Origin: an uncultured Thermococci archaeon
Lineage (GTDB): Archaea > Methanobacteriota_B > Thermococci > Thermococcales > Thermococcaceae
Direction of reading: 5' to 3'
Assembly (NCBI GenBank): GCA_964615185.1
Contig: CAZTOS010000014.1
Location: forward strand, 1-36,941
Length of the DNA stretch: 36,941 nt
Under the pieces are notes generated by a model that saw only the letters and a list, made by a program, of their open reading frames with translations, was not told the DNA's origin and made no database searches. This document shows, piece by piece, positions 19,059 through 29,848 of the stretch. Position 1 is the stretch's first letter. Each line of letters begins with the position of its first letter. The translations under genes and the position numbers were made by a program.

Positions 19059-20546
19059 ATGGCTGAAAGGGAGGAATGGGGAAGTAGAGTAGGTTTTATA
19101 CTGGCAGCAATGGGCTCAGCAATTGGACTTGGAAACATATGGCGTTTCAGCTATATGTGCTACTCTAATGGTGGAGGCGCTTTCTTAGTGCCATATTTCT
19201 TCGCTCTGCTAACGGCAGGAATACCAATAATGATACTGGAAATAGGACTTGGAAGCATGACAAGATTTTCAGCGCCTTTTGCATTAGGAAAGGTTGCTGG
19301 TAAGAAGGCAGAGTGGATTGGATGGTGGACAGCTGTTGCAGCGCTGATACTGAATTCCTACTATATGGTGATACTCTCATGGGCGTTCCTGTACATATTC
19401 AAGTCGGTCACCCTGGCATGGGGTGAAGACCCAGGAGCTTACTTCTTCGGCAACGTTCTCGGTCTCACCGATGGTCCGTTTATACTTGGTGGAATAAGGG
19501 TGCCAATATTGCTATCGTTCTTAGTGATAGTCTTCATAAACTGGCTCATAGTTTCAAGAGGTGTCAAAGGAGGAATAGAGAGGGCATGTAAAATATTCCT
19601 TCCATTGATGTGGATCATTGTGTTATTGCTTGTGATAAGAGGCATCACACTCCCACATGGTCTTGAGGGGATCAACTGGTACTTAAAGCCAGACTTCTCA
19701 AAGTTGGCAAACCACAAAGTGTGGCTTGATGCCTATGGACAGATATTCTTCACACTCAGTCTGGGAATGGGAACAATGATAGTCTATGGAAGCTACCTTA
19801 GAAAGGGTGAAGATGTGGTGAACAATTCATTCCTCATTTCCTTAGGAAACTGTGGATTCTCATTCCTTGCAGGATTTGCAGTCTTTGGAACACTTGGATA
19901 CGTTGCCTATGCACTAAACAAGCCCTTTGAGGAAGTAGTTGCTGCAAGCATAGGACTGGCATTCGTCATGTATCCAAAAGCCATCTCACTGCTACCAGCA
20001 GGAAAGGCTCTGATTGGAGTACTGTTCTTCTTCCTGCTAACGATAGCGGGACTGAGCTCTTCAATTTCACTCATGGAAAACACAGTTGGAATTCTAATGG
20101 ACGGGTACAAGCTAAACAGAATGAAAGCAACGAGCATAGTGGCTGTGGTAACCTTCCTGATTGGAATAATTTACACCACTGGAGCAGGTCTGTACTGGCT
20201 CGACATGGTCGATCACTTCATCAGCTATTATGCATTGGCACTCGTGGGACTGCTTGAGACAATAGCTGTTACATGGGTGTTTGGCGCCGAGAAGTTTAGA
20301 GAATTTGTGAACAGTGTTTCAGAGATAAAAGCGGGCTCATGGTGGTCTGTGTTTGCCAAGTATTTAACAGTGGCAATTCTTGCAATCCTCTTACTCCTTG
20401 ACATCTACAAGCTCGCAACAGAGGGCTATGGTGGATATCCAGGGAAAGCCTTGGGAATAGCGTTCGGCTACATATTGCTTGGAATGATAGTGGCCTACCT
20501 CCTGCACACTAAAGAGAAGCTCGACGTAACGAAGGAGGTGAGCTGA
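19059..20546 (+). CDS. Sodium-dependent NSS/SNF family transporter
   Basis: REEWGSR, GSAIGLGNIWRF, NGGGAFLVPY, AYGQIFFTLSLGMG. Confidence 0.93.
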   Translation: MAEREEWGSRVGFILAAMGSAIGLGNIWRFSYMCYSNGGGAFLVPYFFALLTAGIPIMILEIGLGSMTRFSAPFALGKVAGKKAEWIGWWTAVAALILNSYYMVILSWAFLYIFKSVTLAWGEDPGAYFFGNVLGLTDGPFILGGIRVPILLSFLVIVFINWLIVSRGVKGGIERACKIFLPLMWIIVLLLVIRGITLPHGLEGINWYLKPDFSKLANHKVWLDAYGQIFFTLSLGMGTMIVYGSYLRKGEDVVNNSFLISLGNCGFSFLAGFAVFGTLGYVAYALNKPFEEVVAASIGLAFVMYPKAISLLPAGKALIGVLFFFLLTIAGLSSSISLMENTVGILMDGYKLNRMKATSIVAVVTFLIGIIYTTGAGLYWLDMVDHFISYYALALVGLLETIAVTWVFGAEKFREFVNSVSEIKAGSWWSVFAKYLTVAILAILLLLDIYKLATEGYGGYPGKALGIAFGYILLGMIVAYLLHTKEKLDVTKEVS

Positions 20547-20547
20547 G

Positions 20548-20652
20548 ATGCTTAGTGGTGGTGCAATAGCAATGCTAATATTTGGAGCAGTGGTTCTATA
20601 CGGGGGATTTGCATACTGCCTAAGGATAGCGATGCGTAAGAGGCTTTCTTGA
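20548..20652 (+). CDS. MetS-type NSS transporter small subunit (34 aa, not in ORF track)
   Basis: MLSGGAIAMLIFGAVVLYGGFAYCLRIAMRKRLS*; GGAGGTGA RBS, 1 bp after the NSS stop, followed by a T-rich tract. Confidence 0.85.
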   Translation: MLSGGAIAMLIFGAVVLYGGFAYCLRIAMRKRLS

Positions 20653-20682
20653 CTTTTTACTTTATTTTTGTTGGTGGTAGAA

Positions 20683-20890
20683 ATGAGTGGAGCTGAGATT
20701 TTAGCAAAAATTTTTGCCCTTATTGGAGTTTTGCTCTTTAATGTAAGTGCATTCTTTGTCTACATTCTGAAAAGAGAGTCCTTCGTTATTCCCATGTTAG
20801 TGGGTATATCATTTTTAAGCATGGCCATGCTCTTTATATTCATCTGGAAGAAGGATGAAATTAACAGAAGATTCCAGCAGGTGGAATCAG

Positions 20891-20904
<14 letters not shown>
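20683..20904 (+). CDS. Small 2-TM hypothetical membrane protein
   Basis: GGTGG RBS, ATG at 20683, two hydrophobic helices. Confidence 0.6.
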
Positions 20905-21984
<1,080 letters not shown>

Positions 21985-22015
21985 TCAGTTGTATTTAAAG
22001 ACAAAAATGAGAGAG

Positions 22016-24016
22016 TCAAGAGATCTGGCTCACAAATTTTTTCAATCTTTTAACTGAAATCTTTGTCTTCTTTGCAAGATCCTCTAAATCAGCACTCTTT
22101 AGATCGTTGAGCGTTCTTATCCCAGCTTTTTCAAGTTTCTTAAGAGTTTTTGGGCCTATTCCCTTTATTTTTAAAAGTTCGCTTTGAGTTTTTCTTCTCC
22201 TTTTCTTACTTTTTCTTTTCTTTAGTTTAGGAGGCTCTTTGGGAGTCTTTTTCCTTTTTATTTTTTCAGCTTCGATTTCATAAGCTCTCTGTACTACCGT
22301 GTATGAATAAACAACCTCATTGGCAACTTTAATCTTTTCTTCAGCAGCTTCTTCTGGAACCTCTGGGGGCTTCACATATTCAGGGAGGGTAGGCGGTTCT
22401 TCACTCACGTAAACCTCTATATTTATGGGGTGGAAGGGGTTGTCCTTCTCCTCAATCTCCTCTAAGAATTTAACCTCCTTGAATTCATTACTTCTAAAGT
22501 ACTCTTCTAAAGCATTTGCCAAGCGGTGGAAAGCATTTGCATGCTCCAAAAGGCGTCTCTTTCCATACTCCTTAGCTTGACCTGTTGTAATTAAAAAAGG
22601 CCAATCACTGCTCTCAACCAGCAAAAGCTCCCTTCCAAGCTGTTCCAAAACTCTATCCCCAAACTCGTCTTCATGGAGGTATTTACTCGCTAAAGCAACC
22701 ATTCTGTCCTCAGCTCTGTGTATGTGTTCCCACATCCACTCAACTTCAGGATTCCACCATGTGTAATGAGTTCCATACATCCCCCATGAACCTTCTGGGA
22801 GTTCTATCTCATACCTCTCCCCTTTATAATTCTCAAGGAATCTTGAAATCGTGGTTGTCTCTATTTCCTCTTCGCTCATTAACTCCAATACACGCCCAAG
22901 CCACTTGACACCCTCAAACCACCAGTGACCAAAGAGCTCGGTGTCATAAGGAGCAACTATTATGCCCTTTTCTCCCGTCTCTTTCTCATAATCCCCAAGT
23001 AATCTTTTCACTAAACCAACAAAGTGCTTTGCATGATCCTCAACTCTTTCCAAAGCTTTTTCTGGGACATAGGGCTCTTTATCCCCTAAATCAATGTGCT
23101 TTCCAGTAACACGCCAATACTGTCCTCCACTCTTCTCAGCTTTCTTGTGGAACTCTCTATACCAGAAATCACCGGGATATCCAATATCAGCACTCCAAAC
23201 TTGTAGTCCAGTCTCTCTGTTCCTTGCAAAGACCGCTATGTTTGTGCCCTTTATGAAGTATGGCCTCAGCGTTGATTTCGGAGTCTTGGCTGGAAGGATT
23301 TTTCCATAACCAAAGCTCGCGGGCCCTTCATCAATGAGATGACTTTCAACGAAGAAGAACTTAAGGTTGTACTTCTCCAAGAACTTCTCTATGCCTTTTC
23401 TCCATAAAATTTCCCCGCTGCTTGGACTCTGCCAAAAGCCTTCAGGCCGATAAGCACATTCTGGGAGCCATATGCCATTTGGTTTCCTTCCAAAGTGCTT
23501 CTCATAGGTTAATATCCCATTTACGAGCTGCCCTTCAATTGCTTCATCTCTCCCCAAGAGAGGCAGATAGCCGTGAGTTGCTGCCGAAGTTATGATTTCA
23601 ATGTACCCTTCATCTTGGAACTGCCTGAATTTTCCGATTATGTCACCATTGATGCTCTTCCAGTACTCAAAGACTTTTTCAAAATAATTGAGCATGTATT
23701 CAACAGCTTTCTTCAACTCAGCATCTTCAAACTTCTCCAAATCCTCACGCATAGCGTTGAGCTTTCTCTCCATATATTTCTCAAACTCAGTCTTTATGTA
23801 TTCATCTGCAAGCTGCTCTGCTAAAATTGGTGTTACTCCTATGACCAGCTGAAACTTAACACCTTTCTTTTTTAAGCGTTCAAACTCCATTAAAAGAGGA
23901 ATGTAACTCTCTGCTATTGCCTCGAATATCCACTCTTCACCAAATGGCCATTTGCCGTGCTTTCTCACATAAGGGATGTGAGTGTGTAATACGAACGTAA
24001 AATATCCTTTAGTCAT
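22016..24016 (-). CDS. GH57 1,4-alpha-glucan branching enzyme with C-terminal HhH domain
   Basis: LHTHIPY, ATHGYLPL, WLPECAY, PYDTELFGHWWFEG, SSDWPF; IKGIGPKT HhH; ATG at 24016 after GGAGGTGG. Confidence 0.93.
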   Translation of the reverse strand: MTKGYFTFVLHTHIPYVRKHGKWPFGEEWIFEAIAESYIPLLMEFERLKKKGVKFQLVIGVTPILAEQLADEYIKTEFEKYMERKLNAMREDLEKFEDAELKKAVEYMLNYFEKVFEYWKSINGDIIGKFRQFQDEGYIEIITSAATHGYLPLLGRDEAIEGQLVNGILTYEKHFGRKPNGIWLPECAYRPEGFWQSPSSGEILWRKGIEKFLEKYNLKFFFVESHLIDEGPASFGYGKILPAKTPKSTLRPYFIKGTNIAVFARNRETGLQVWSADIGYPGDFWYREFHKKAEKSGGQYWRVTGKHIDLGDKEPYVPEKALERVEDHAKHFVGLVKRLLGDYEKETGEKGIIVAPYDTELFGHWWFEGVKWLGRVLELMSEEEIETTTISRFLENYKGERYEIELPEGSWGMYGTHYTWWNPEVEWMWEHIHRAEDRMVALASKYLHEDEFGDRVLEQLGRELLLVESSDWPFLITTGQAKEYGKRRLLEHANAFHRLANALEEYFRSNEFKEVKFLEEIEEKDNPFHPINIEVYVSEEPPTLPEYVKPPEVPEEAAEEKIKVANEVVYSYTVVQRAYEIEAEKIKRKKTPKEPPKLKKRKSKKRRRKTQSELLKIKGIGPKTLKKLEKAGIRTLNDLKSADLEDLAKKTKISVKRLKKFVSQIS

Positions 24017-24144
24017 AAAATACCACCTCCTCGCTGTAATTCTGTAGAACTTTATTAACTTTTGAGTATTTAACAATTTCGGAATGGAGACGTTTTTATA
24101 GTTTAGAAATGGTTTATAGTGGTGAAATAATTTTCACCTAATTT

Positions 24145-25611
24145 TCATCCTTTCTTTTTAATGAGATAAGCCCCCATTAGGATGAACAGCACAACAATCA
24201 GGATTAAAACGGCACTATCTCTGAAGTTCGAAGCTTGTGTTGGGCTTGATGCCGTTGAGCCTGTCTCATTAATTCCCAGAAATTCCCTAAGCTTTGGAGT
24301 TAGGTTTTCAATTCTTTGTCCATCAAATTCTAAGACAGCCTCATTACCAGCCAAAATAAACCCTCCTCCACTCCATCCAATCCATCTTATCCCAGAAGCA
24401 TCATCCAGAACTTTTCTAAGAGTTTCGTTAAAGAGGTAGAGTGAAGAGCCGTTATAAATCAACCAGCCCTTAGGACTCCAGAAAACATTGGTGCCTTCCT
24501 CAAAGTGTTCTTTACGGCAGTCAAGTGTTATGTAAAAGAGTCTGTGAAATTCAGATGCGTTGAAGTTTTTGAGATTTATTTTCCCAACTTGAACAATGTT
24601 ATTTGAGACCTCATAGAGCATGCCATTAGCAAAAAGCAAAGCTTTGCCATTGTGAAACTCAGACATTTGAGCCTTAGAATTCACAACAATTCTAAGGCTT
24701 GCATTTTCCACATCATAAAGATATGTCCCATTGTTACTCACCAAAAAGAGCCTTCCCTTATATGCTCCTATGGGGATAAAGTTGTCCGAAAAGCTTGCAA
24801 CCTTTCTGAAATCTTCTGGAAAGTGATAATCGCCCTTCGAAGGTTTCACCGTATAAAGGATTTTGTTATGGAGCAGGTAAACTCTTTCGGAGTCATAAAT
24901 TAGCTGAGAATTGTTAAGAGGAAATTGCGACGTTATTTTTAGCATGGGAATAGCATCTATGAGGATTACAGCCTCGGTAAAGTTTTGATTAAAAATCGCT
25001 AAAGCACCATTCTTAAGATTGCGAACAAAATACAGATAGCCTTTTTGAGCGAGCAAAGGTAAAGATGCATTTCTGAAATCTCCTGTTAAATATCCGAACT
25101 TCTTCACCACTATTTGCCCATTTTTGATAGTGGACAGCCAGAGAAGGGAATCAAAATGCTCCAAATTGCACCACATAGAGAAGCAGTAGAAGGGATGGAG
25201 CATAAGATAGTAATCTCGATTCCAGAAAATACTCACCGCTCCATCATTCCGAAAGCTGAGCAGTTCCTTAAATTCTCCATTAGGATAAAGGTGACCATAG
25301 TGATCATACACCCTATCAGGTAAGGGTCTATCGCACCCTTCACATCCATAAAAGAGACATCCCTGAGGAGAGCAGTGAATCGGGATCATAATAAAGTTGG
25401 AGCAAACGTTCGTTTTACATGGAAATGCTGTTCGGTTCAGCAGTTCAAATCTACTCTCTGAAGGAAAATAAACCACTAAAAGCTGAGTTGATGAATTTGT
25501 AATGTTAAAGATTGTTGGGTTTCCTATTAGAGCATTGTTAATGGTCAAAGAATAAGCTAAGTGAGTAAAGGAGAGCATAAAAAAGCATAAAATGAGGGGC
25601 TTTTTTCTCAT
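24145..25611 (-). CDS. Exported, C-terminally anchored beta-rich (propeller-like) surface protein
   Basis: MRKK + hydrophobic signal, Cys-rich N-region, many N-x-S/T sequons, S/T linker, TM + KKKG. Confidence 0.75.
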   Translation of the reverse strand: MRKKPLILCFFMLSFTHLAYSLTINNALIGNPTIFNITNSSTQLLVVYFPSESRFELLNRTAFPCKTNVCSNFIMIPIHCSPQGCLFYGCEGCDRPLPDRVYDHYGHLYPNGEFKELLSFRNDGAVSIFWNRDYYLMLHPFYCFSMWCNLEHFDSLLWLSTIKNGQIVVKKFGYLTGDFRNASLPLLAQKGYLYFVRNLKNGALAIFNQNFTEAVILIDAIPMLKITSQFPLNNSQLIYDSERVYLLHNKILYTVKPSKGDYHFPEDFRKVASFSDNFIPIGAYKGRLFLVSNNGTYLYDVENASLRIVVNSKAQMSEFHNGKALLFANGMLYEVSNNIVQVGKINLKNFNASEFHRLFYITLDCRKEHFEEGTNVFWSPKGWLIYNGSSLYLFNETLRKVLDDASGIRWIGWSGGGFILAGNEAVLEFDGQRIENLTPKLREFLGINETGSTASSPTQASNFRDSAVLILIVVLFILMGAYLIKKKG

Positions 25612-25621
25612 TTTCACCATC

Positions 25622-27358
25622 CTAGGCATTGGTTTTTACATTTTTATATTTATGATTTCTCCTCCATATATAAATTCCGATTACTAGGAGCATCACAATC
25701 AGCACAATAATGTAAGCTGGGTATTTAATATTCTCTCCCTCATTAGAGACAATGACATTGACCTCTGGCTTGTTCTTCTCCCAGTCTCCACTATACAAGC
25801 TCAAAGCAATTAAAGCATAGGCATAGCCATCAAAGCTTCTTGAGCCATCCTCGAGACCTTTAGTTTCTAAGTACTCAATCGCCTTTTGAAAGCCTTCATA
25901 AGTGGTTTCATTGAAAGCATAAAGCCATATTAAAGCTACTGCCGTTGAATAGACGTCACTGCTCCATGAATAATCGAGAATCGAGGGGGAGAAAGCATGC
26001 ATGGGGCATTCCTTATTAGTATAACCCTTATTACACTTAGAGTTTGGATATATCATAAACAGATGATCTAAAGCGTCAACTTTGATTGTTAAAACACCTC
26101 CAGCTTGAGTGTTTGGAAAGTTAAGCTCAACGTTAATGCTCTCATTTGGAAATCTAAATCCGTAGTATACATAAAACTCTCCTTGATAATCACTCTTCAA
26201 AGTGCCGTTTAGCGATGCAATTGGAATTATACTCACGGTAAAGTTTGAAGCTCCCTTATATTTGTACCCAGATACTTCAAGATAGACATGTTTTCCTGGA
26301 ACTTTTTGACTTTCTTTTAGAGCTTCGAGTATTGTTCTCGTTGCATTATTTCCAGGAATTAAACCTTCCTCTCTCAAGTAGAGCAACGGCAAAGCTAGGC
26401 TCTCATAAGGATCCCGATAGTCAAAATCATTCACAGGAAAGGCCAAATCTTCCCTCCACCACCATTTTGGAGGTCTTCTGTGAGAGTAGATCTTTAGTTC
26501 ACTTGGTTCTAGATCTTTTGTTGAGATGTTTGCAAATTCGATACAACAGAAACTTAAGGGTCGATTTATTAAGTTGTCGAGAGTAAGATACTCTTGTAGA
26601 AATTTTAATTCATCCTCTACATCATAACCGAGCTTGTGGAGAAGCGCTGTTGCATAGGCCGTTGTCACAACCCCGGGAACTTCAATACATACACTAAAGC
26701 CCCCTCTATCCATTCTGCAAACTCTTGTTGTCCAATAAGCTCCTTGAGTTACATTGCTCGGAAAAGCAGACTTGCATGGGATGTTAGTCCAGTTTTCACC
26801 ATAACACCCTGGGACAAACTTACTAACATTTTCATCAGGGTGGTAAGGTTGTCTTGTCACAGTCTTTAAGAGATATTCAACTCCTTTTTGGATTACTTCA
26901 GAATTTGGATCCTCCCCTGCATCGAGAAGAGCTAAGAGAGCCAAAGCCGTTGAACCTGCTTTGGAAGATTCACAATACTCGAAGGTCATTCCATCAGTAC
27001 TCCAAGGGTAATAAATTGTTTCTTGGAGCGGAACTGCTGGAAAAGAACCATCTCTTTCTTGCAGGCTTTTTATCGTTTCCCTTAATTTCTCAAGCCTACT
27101 TTCGTTATATCCACTTCTAACGAGTGAGATAGTCTCAATGTAAAGATAGTAAATCTCCAGAGGGAAAATTCCCCGATAAGAGTGGCAAGTGTATATAAAA
27201 CTCGGGAACATACTGTAGTCAGGAAAATATCCATTAGCTGCTCCATTCTCTACTTCCAAAACCTTTTCTTGGTACTCTTTTATTGGGCTTTGGGCATTTG
27301 CGGGGAGGGGTAGAATTAAAAAGAATACGAAAAACCATAGAACTAATTTTCTTGTCAT
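25622..27358 (-). CDS. Exported membrane-anchored protein with prenyltransferase/squalene-cyclase-type repeats
   Basis: Signal peptide ending ANA; SLQERDGSF, STALALLALL...IQKGVEYL, VYSTAVALIWL...QKAIEYL; C-terminal TM + basic tail. Confidence 0.75.
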   Translation of the reverse strand: MTRKLVLWFFVFFLILPLPANAQSPIKEYQEKVLEVENGAANGYFPDYSMFPSFIYTCHSYRGIFPLEIYYLYIETISLVRSGYNESRLEKLRETIKSLQERDGSFPAVPLQETIYYPWSTDGMTFEYCESSKAGSTALALLALLDAGEDPNSEVIQKGVEYLLKTVTRQPYHPDENVSKFVPGCYGENWTNIPCKSAFPSNVTQGAYWTTRVCRMDRGGFSVCIEVPGVVTTAYATALLHKLGYDVEDELKFLQEYLTLDNLINRPLSFCCIEFANISTKDLEPSELKIYSHRRPPKWWWREDLAFPVNDFDYRDPYESLALPLLYLREEGLIPGNNATRTILEALKESQKVPGKHVYLEVSGYKYKGASNFTVSIIPIASLNGTLKSDYQGEFYVYYGFRFPNESINVELNFPNTQAGGVLTIKVDALDHLFMIYPNSKCNKGYTNKECPMHAFSPSILDYSWSSDVYSTAVALIWLYAFNETTYEGFQKAIEYLETKGLEDGSRSFDGYAYALIALSLYSGDWEKNKPEVNVIVSNEGENIKYPAYIIVLIVMLLVIGIYIWRRNHKYKNVKTNA

Positions 27359-28353
27359 ATCCTTTCAATACCTCCTCTCATTGCCAAGCTCCTATAATTA
27401 TAGAGTATTATCCCATCAAACCATTGGAGCGCTTCATCTATAACCTCTTGTAAGTCTGACGTCCAGTAGTGTGGCTCTTCAACAGTCATTAAAAAAATAC
27501 AATCTTTTACTTGTACCTGAGGTTGAATATCCAGAAGCTGAGTCACCATTCTTGGCTAAATCCCTCATCCACTTTACATACATCTCATTTGGAGCGTAGT
27601 ACATCAACATTGCAACGCCTGCATCTAAATATCTTGTTAGACCCTTATTGTCATCGTAAGCCTGTCCAAGATTCCAAGCCTTCATGCAACCGTAATCTAC
27701 ATGATCCCTTGGAGTATGTAATACTCCAAGAAAACTTCCAGAGTACAACGGAAGATTATTAGTCATGTATGCTCTCAGTACTCCAGTAGCTTCAGTTACA
27801 TTCGTTATATGGTTTGCCCACGTCTGGTAATAACAGTTGGGACAAAATGCAGTATAGTTATCCTCTTTTTCTCCACTTGGTCTGTTTGGATATCTAATTA
27901 GGTCAAACAAGACTAAAGTGTTTGAGTCTACATAATCTACTAGCTTGTCAATAATTGCTCTATAACTTGGGTTAAAATCTATACCCTGGGTTTTAATTTT
28001 GTAGGGGTCAATCCATCCATCAAGGTATTCGGGTGTTGGATAGTTTTCTCTGGGGATACAAACAGGGGATTTTCCCCATAGAACTCATTTCCAAAAGCAT
28101 TGAACACTATCCCATGCTCCAGCAAGTTGGAGTCTTTTATCTCCATGAAATAACCAGGAGAGCCATCTTTCAGTTTCCAGAATCCATAAGCCCTAGAGAA
28201 TCCCCTATTGTAGACCACAAATGCACCATCAACACCCCATTCTTCCAAGTTTGCCCTTACAACTTCTGGGCTGTCGGAGGGAGTTTGGCCTTCATGCACT
28301 CCCAAAGTTATTATCACATAGACAGGTTTGTTGTCCGGTATCCTTAACACCAT
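27355..28353 (-). pseudogene. Glycoside-hydrolase-like (GHL10/DUF4015-type) TIM-barrel gene broken by two frameshifts
   Basis: Three ORF pieces join into ~330 aa with GWIDP, LFDLIRYP, AFCPNC, LGQAY, AMLMYY, FDGIILYNY; shifts near 28030-28080 and in the A7 run 27491-27497. Confidence 0.65.
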
Positions 28354-28442
28354 ACTATCACCTCAATTGATAGTTATTCTATGACGCTTTTAAGTCTTTT
28401 GATTTCTTGATACTTAAAGAAGTTTAACTAGTATTCTACGTC
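28351..28442 (-). repeat. Duplicated promoter/leader, copy A
   Basis: 48 of 65 ungapped identities (hand count, 28351-28415 vs 30728-30792); includes GGTGA RBS and AAAAGAC-TTAAAA TATA-like element; similarity continues to ~28442. Confidence 0.8.
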
Positions 28443-28465
28443 ATTAAACAAACACCAAATTCCAA

Positions 28466-28586
28466 ACCATAGTTCCCATCATGTCTTTGGCTGTGCATTG
28501 TGGTTAGTTGAACATTCACACATGAGCAACCATTTAGTATCCTATAAGCATCCAAACCGATTTTTAGTCTTGATGGGAACTAGGGT
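28466..28586. mobile_element. 121-bp MITE with 10-bp target-site duplication, possibly IS982-like ends
   Basis: IR ACCATAGTTCCCATCA / TGATGGGAACTAGGGT (15/16); flanked by CAAATTCCAA at 28456-28465 and 28587-28596. Confidence 0.85.
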
Positions 28587-28668
28587 CAAATTCCAAGCAT
28601 TATGCCCTCAAAATACTCTCTTGGTAATATTTAACATCAATAAACCCCCAACCAGATATTTAGCTACG

Positions 28669-29826
28669 CTACTTCGTTCTTGAGAACACCCTGAAAAGGA
28701 TGCCAAGGATTATGCTAAGAATCAGAGCAATGACTATCATCAAACCACTTCCCGCTTTCCAAGTCTTTCTTGATGAAGTGGAGGATGCAACATGAATTAG
28801 AGACACATTCCCTCTACAAACCAGGGGATTAAAGGGTTCAACGTTATGTCCTAGTTTAGCATATGGAACAATGTCAGAAAAGGTCAACAGAAGAAATGTT
28901 TTTGTTGTGTTTTTCTGAAGATTGTACCAAAGAACACGATAAGATGGCACTTGTTTGAAGTTTGTTATATTAAGGAGGATAGTATAGTTTTTTCCGTTCA
29001 TCCGCATTTGTGTGATTACATATCTCCAGCCACTCTTTTCAGGCAACAAAATAATCTGAAGATTATCAGGATAAATGTATACTCCCTTTGGGTCAGTGGG
29101 AAAGCAGTATTCTTCTCCGGGAAGCTCTCCTTTATCACAGTGAATGAGATTTGGTGTGGCCACGCTAATCGAGGTAAAGTTCAATCCGAGCTCTTTATTC
29201 ACGAGTTCTGATGGAATACGCCAAGAATATATAGCAAAGTTGGCACCGTAGGCTGGGTCAACATAACTTACAGTGAAGTTAATCAAGAAAGAGTTTCCAA
29301 TATTTAACCCCTCTACAGTAAATCCATGTGCAGAGGCAGAACGAGGTAACTGAGAAACAGGTTTAATACAAGAGCGGTTAAAAGAGAGATAGGTACTTTC
29401 CAACTTGTTCAAACTAATATTACATCCTAAAGCTCTAAGGAAGCTTCTAAGGGCAGGAAAGCTGGTTCCAAAACTAAACTTGATATACCATGTGTTGTTA
29501 TTATAGAGCACAGAAGGAATGTTCTTTTGCTGCCCCTCATATAGGAGATATGCTCCTGAAGCATTGAGGTAGAAAAGGTAGCTGGTGGCTTCTGTATAGT
29601 TGCAATCCCCCATACACTTTTGAAACAGAAGGGAAAGGTTAAACTTTGGAGCAATTGGAAATCGAGATTTGATAACCTGCACGGCCACTATAGCATCGTC
29701 TGCACCTACGGTGACTTTCGTCCTGATATCAAGCATAACCCCGTCCTTATCAGTAAAGGCTAATGGAGTTGAGAACATAAAGAAGAAAAGCAAAAAGATT
29801 GCTAGCACTTTAACTCTAGAAGGCAT
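28669..29826 (-). CDS. Exported, C-terminally anchored hypothetical surface protein
   Basis: Signal peptide, many N-glycosylation sequons, SSTSS linker, TM + basic tail. Confidence 0.75.
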   Translation of the reverse strand: MPSRVKVLAIFLLFFFMFSTPLAFTDKDGVMLDIRTKVTVGADDAIVAVQVIKSRFPIAPKFNLSLLFQKCMGDCNYTEATSYLFYLNASGAYLLYEGQQKNIPSVLYNNNTWYIKFSFGTSFPALRSFLRALGCNISLNKLESTYLSFNRSCIKPVSQLPRSASAHGFTVEGLNIGNSFLINFTVSYVDPAYGANFAIYSWRIPSELVNKELGLNFTSISVATPNLIHCDKGELPGEEYCFPTDPKGVYIYPDNLQIILLPEKSGWRYVITQMRMNGKNYTILLNITNFKQVPSYRVLWYNLQKNTTKTFLLLTFSDIVPYAKLGHNVEPFNPLVCRGNVSLIHVASSTSSRKTWKAGSGLMIVIALILSIILGILFRVFSRTK

Positions 29827-29848
29827 AAATGTCCCTCACATTCTCGTC

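Noticed and set aside
24121..24138. GGTGAAA-TAAT-TTTCACC inverted repeat as TGM/TrmBL1 site
   Set aside because: Arms are in the reverse order to TATCAC-N5-GTGATA and spacing differs; function unassigned
28498..28683. 61-aa ORF
   Set aside because: Starts inside the MITE and crosses its end; no RBS
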